A stretch of DNA of 64,000 bases, taken from assembly GCA_012295275.1 (NCBI GenBank), contig CM022677.1:6944001-7008000 (forward strand). Reading direction: 5' to 3'. Below, piece by piece: positions 60,762-64,000 of the stretch (the stretch's first letter is position 1; every line of letters starts with the position of its first letter). This DNA comes from Chrysomallon squamiferum (Eukaryota > Animalia > Mollusca). The notes beneath the pieces are model-generated. The model was not told the DNA's origin. It saw only the letters and a program-made list of their open reading frames with translations, and did not search any database. The position numbers and the translations under genes are program-made.

Positions 60762-62256
60762 CAACAACAACAACAACAATAAAGAAATAATAACGATAAC
60801 TGTTTGAACAGTAACAGAAACGACACAAAAACAACATCAATGATAATAACGCCATCAGTTCTGTTCTGATTGATTCCCTTTTCATGTTTATTTTCAGCAT
60901 TTTTAATTTTATTTTTTCCCTTTCTTTGGTTCCGTCGTTAGTTCAGTCGTCATTTTGTTCGTTCGTTTGCTCATTTTTATTTGATTTATTTATGCAACCA
61001 TTATTTCTCTCTACTTATCAGTTACGAAGTGTTGGAAAACTGCAATCAAATTGAACAAAATAAAATAAAAATAAAAATAAATTACATCCTTTACATATTG
61101 TTTCGTTGTTTGCACGTATGAGACAGGTTTTATATATATATCATAGAAGTTACTGTTACTGTTCTTGTTATGTTAAAACGCATGCGTGTGTGTGTTTGCG
61201 AAAGTGATATGTATTGTACTCTGTTTTAGAAAGATGACGTCACAATATTTATTTTAGCACTGAAAACATCATATCTCTCGGCTTATAGGTTAGGAAGTGT
61301 TAGAAAACTGGAATCAAAATGAACATAAAAAAATAAATAAATAAATAAATCAATCAAAATAAAACAAAATGAAACAAAAATATATGGTTTTGAACCTCAT
61401 CCTAAAAATACTGAACTCTCAGTACCGGCCCTGTTACCCTCCTCTGTGATTATTGTGAATCAGTCCCTTGCTCCAACTAACTCGAGCGTGCATAGAGAAG
61501 AAAAGACGAAATGTATTAACAGTGACAAATCATGATGTAACATCCCTACTTTAAATACAAACATGTTATGTTTCAGGAACAGACCGCCATTTAGCTAGTT
61601 TTTCGTAAAACAATGTCGCTATTTATAGCGATGTTTATAACAAACACATTTAAATGACAAAGATAGCTGTGATTGTTACATTGTTAAATACTGTTGAAAT
61701 GTGTTCTACAGTTGTCATAAAAATGGTGCAAATGTGCGTCACCTCAATCAGTGTTTGGCCATAAACAGAACCTCAGAAAATCTGAAGTAAGTGATTTAAT
61801 AAACTTTTCAAAACGAATAAAATCACCTTCTGGTTTGATTTGAATCATTAAAAGATGATTACTTTGGTTTCACTATCATCAGTTTAGACAGAACTTTTCA
61901 AATTCAGAGACAGAAACACTAAACGTTTTCGATTATCTTCCCTTCCATGAGGTTCTGATATATAAACAAGCTTGGGTTCCTGCTGTTTTGGACATTCTAA
62001 AATTCTTTTTTTTTTTTTTCTTCTTGTTTTAACTTATTTTGGTACGACTGAGAAAATGTGATAGTTTTGAGTTCTAATTTTATCTTACAGTCTAAAAAAA
62101 AACCTTTATAAATCCTCCCCACTTTTTATTGTTGTTAAATTTAGTCTGACTGCTATTATTTTGTAAAGATAATACCTTTAGCCAATCCTCCCCACTTTTA
62201 TTGTTGTTGAATTTAACTGAGAGCTAATTATTTTGATAGAAGATAATGTCTTAGAC

Positions 62257-62296
<40 letters not shown>

Positions 62297-62430
62297 TTAT
62301 ATTCAAACACATTTTGTTAAAAAATATTATTTTCTACCCTGCTTTGATCCTCAAATAAGACTGACATCTACTGCAATGTCCTAACTCCATTATAATGCTA
62401 AAGCATCCTTATAAATCTATTTATATCACA

Positions 62431-62469
<39 letters not shown>

Positions 62470-63423
62470 CACAGTTAAAACATATATATATATATATATA
62501 TACACAGAAATGAAACAAATATGAAATGTACTATTCATTATATTCTGCAACAGAAAACATTCACATTATATTTCTATGCAAAGTGTTTATAGTATTCACT
62601 GAATATGTACATATCAAAAAATTAATAATACTACCTTTATTATTAAAGTACTCTCTCAGTTACTTATGATATTGTTATTACCTCTTACTATTATTACTAT
62701 TGCTATTATTGTTTATATTACTATTACTATTACTACTATTAATTCTGTTACTAACTGTTACTATTCATCTATTACTTTGCTTCTATTATTTCATCTATGA
62801 CCAGTGTAACAGTATCTGTATCACTACTTCCACAATCACATCTATTATTTATATTATTTCAAAACTATATAAATAAAAATATTCCTCACTCTTAGAAAAC
62901 TGTTTCTCAAGTCTGATGAAGATGCTACAAATATGTAATGAGAAATAGAAGACAAAATAATTTAAAATATTTATTTGAACAAAACAACTTTTTCATATAA
63001 AAAAGATAATATTAGAAAATCCTCAGGAAAAACATTAAAAATTATTTTAAATGTTTAGAAAGGTTTTAAAGTGCTGAGAGTGCTATAAAACATAAAGATG
63101 CCAAGATTTCTGGTTTATCTAATAAAAGTATTAATAAGATAAAAAAAAATTAAAAAAAAATTAGCAAATTACTAAACAACTAGATATCTATATGTAATGT
63201 AATGTGCTGATTAATCATTAAGAAAATATCTTCCAAACAACATATCTTCTTCCATTTTAGGTTTTATTAGCATACATTTTCATAAATGTTTACAAAAACA
63301 TTAATACAAAATAATCATAATAATAAATTATCTCCCTTGAGCTATACAATTTGAAGTTTTTTAAGGCAGTAAATCAAGGATTTCTACATCAGACATTTTT
63401 AAAATAATTTCTTTTTCACACAC

Positions 63424-63780
63424 TTGACTGTCTGGTCCAAACATTCTGTCTGCTGGTCTATGTCTGACTGTATCTTCCATTTGGATCTGAAATCACAGTT
63501 TAACAGATTTATAAATTCTTCAGTAAGTGCAGTCCACGTAACACTTAACTCTTTTTAAAATATTACTTTTGGTGTGGAACTTTCTAAAAGTTCTCAAATT
63601 CTTCAAGCATTCAGTTCTTCATATTTGTTGAGGTTTTATCTTCTGCTGTTTCTTCTGTTTAGTTTGTTCAGTACAGTGAGAAAACTTGAAGAACTTGGAG
63701 GTAAACACAAAAGTCACTTAGAATCAATGTCACTTCTCACATTTTCTTTCATTCTCAAAGCAAGCTTATGAAACAGGGAC
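63424..63780 (-). pseudogene. Exon-like blocks of an unidentified gene (63567-63780, ~63424-63486)
   Basis: tttttcttcag|G SLFHKLALRMKENVRSDIDSK* and gatttcag|A SKWKIQSDIDQQTECLDQTV. Stops present in the larger block. Confidence 0.25.
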
Positions 63781-64000
63781 CTGAAGAAAAACAAAATTAT
63801 TATTAAAATTAAAAATTGATTCAGAGTTGTATAAACAACAGTATACAACAGTATACAATTTACCATGTAAAATGAAGGTTGAAATGATTCAAATGGGATG
63901 ATTGTGACTTAATTATATTCATGATTTTTACTTACTGTTAAAAATATATCTATTTCATGAACAAAATCAGTTTAATTTTATATTATATTTCATTTCATTG

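Overview
AT-rich, microsatellite-dense eukaryotic DNA, probably a marine invertebrate such as a mollusc (inferred from composition and repeat types only), with spliced genes and two 200-N scaffold gaps. Nearly all ORF-track entries are microsatellite translations. Manual exon reading gives one intact 5-exon minus-strand gene (49652-51162) for a 169-aa TNF-receptor-superfamily protein: signal peptide, 12-Cys TNFR domain, two tandem 39-nt stalk microexons, and a hydrophobic C-terminus with no cytoplasmic or death domain, i.e. a candidate decoy receptor. Relatives in the window are a frameshifted copy (26034-27345), an inverted 3' remnant (21458-22399) and an inverted orphan upstream region (34.15-35.14 kb). 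Around them lie deletion-riddled pseudo-exons for VWA, TSP1, EGF-like and trypsin-like protease domains, a decayed LINE, a Merlin/IS1595-like remnant, and a ~1 kb virus-like ORF-dense insert. About 1.8-27.9 kb is repeated at about 35.4-51.8 kb. The first copy coincides with one gap-bounded contig, so it may be an uncollapsed haplotype. Domain calls come from manual translation and motif recognition; no searches were run.
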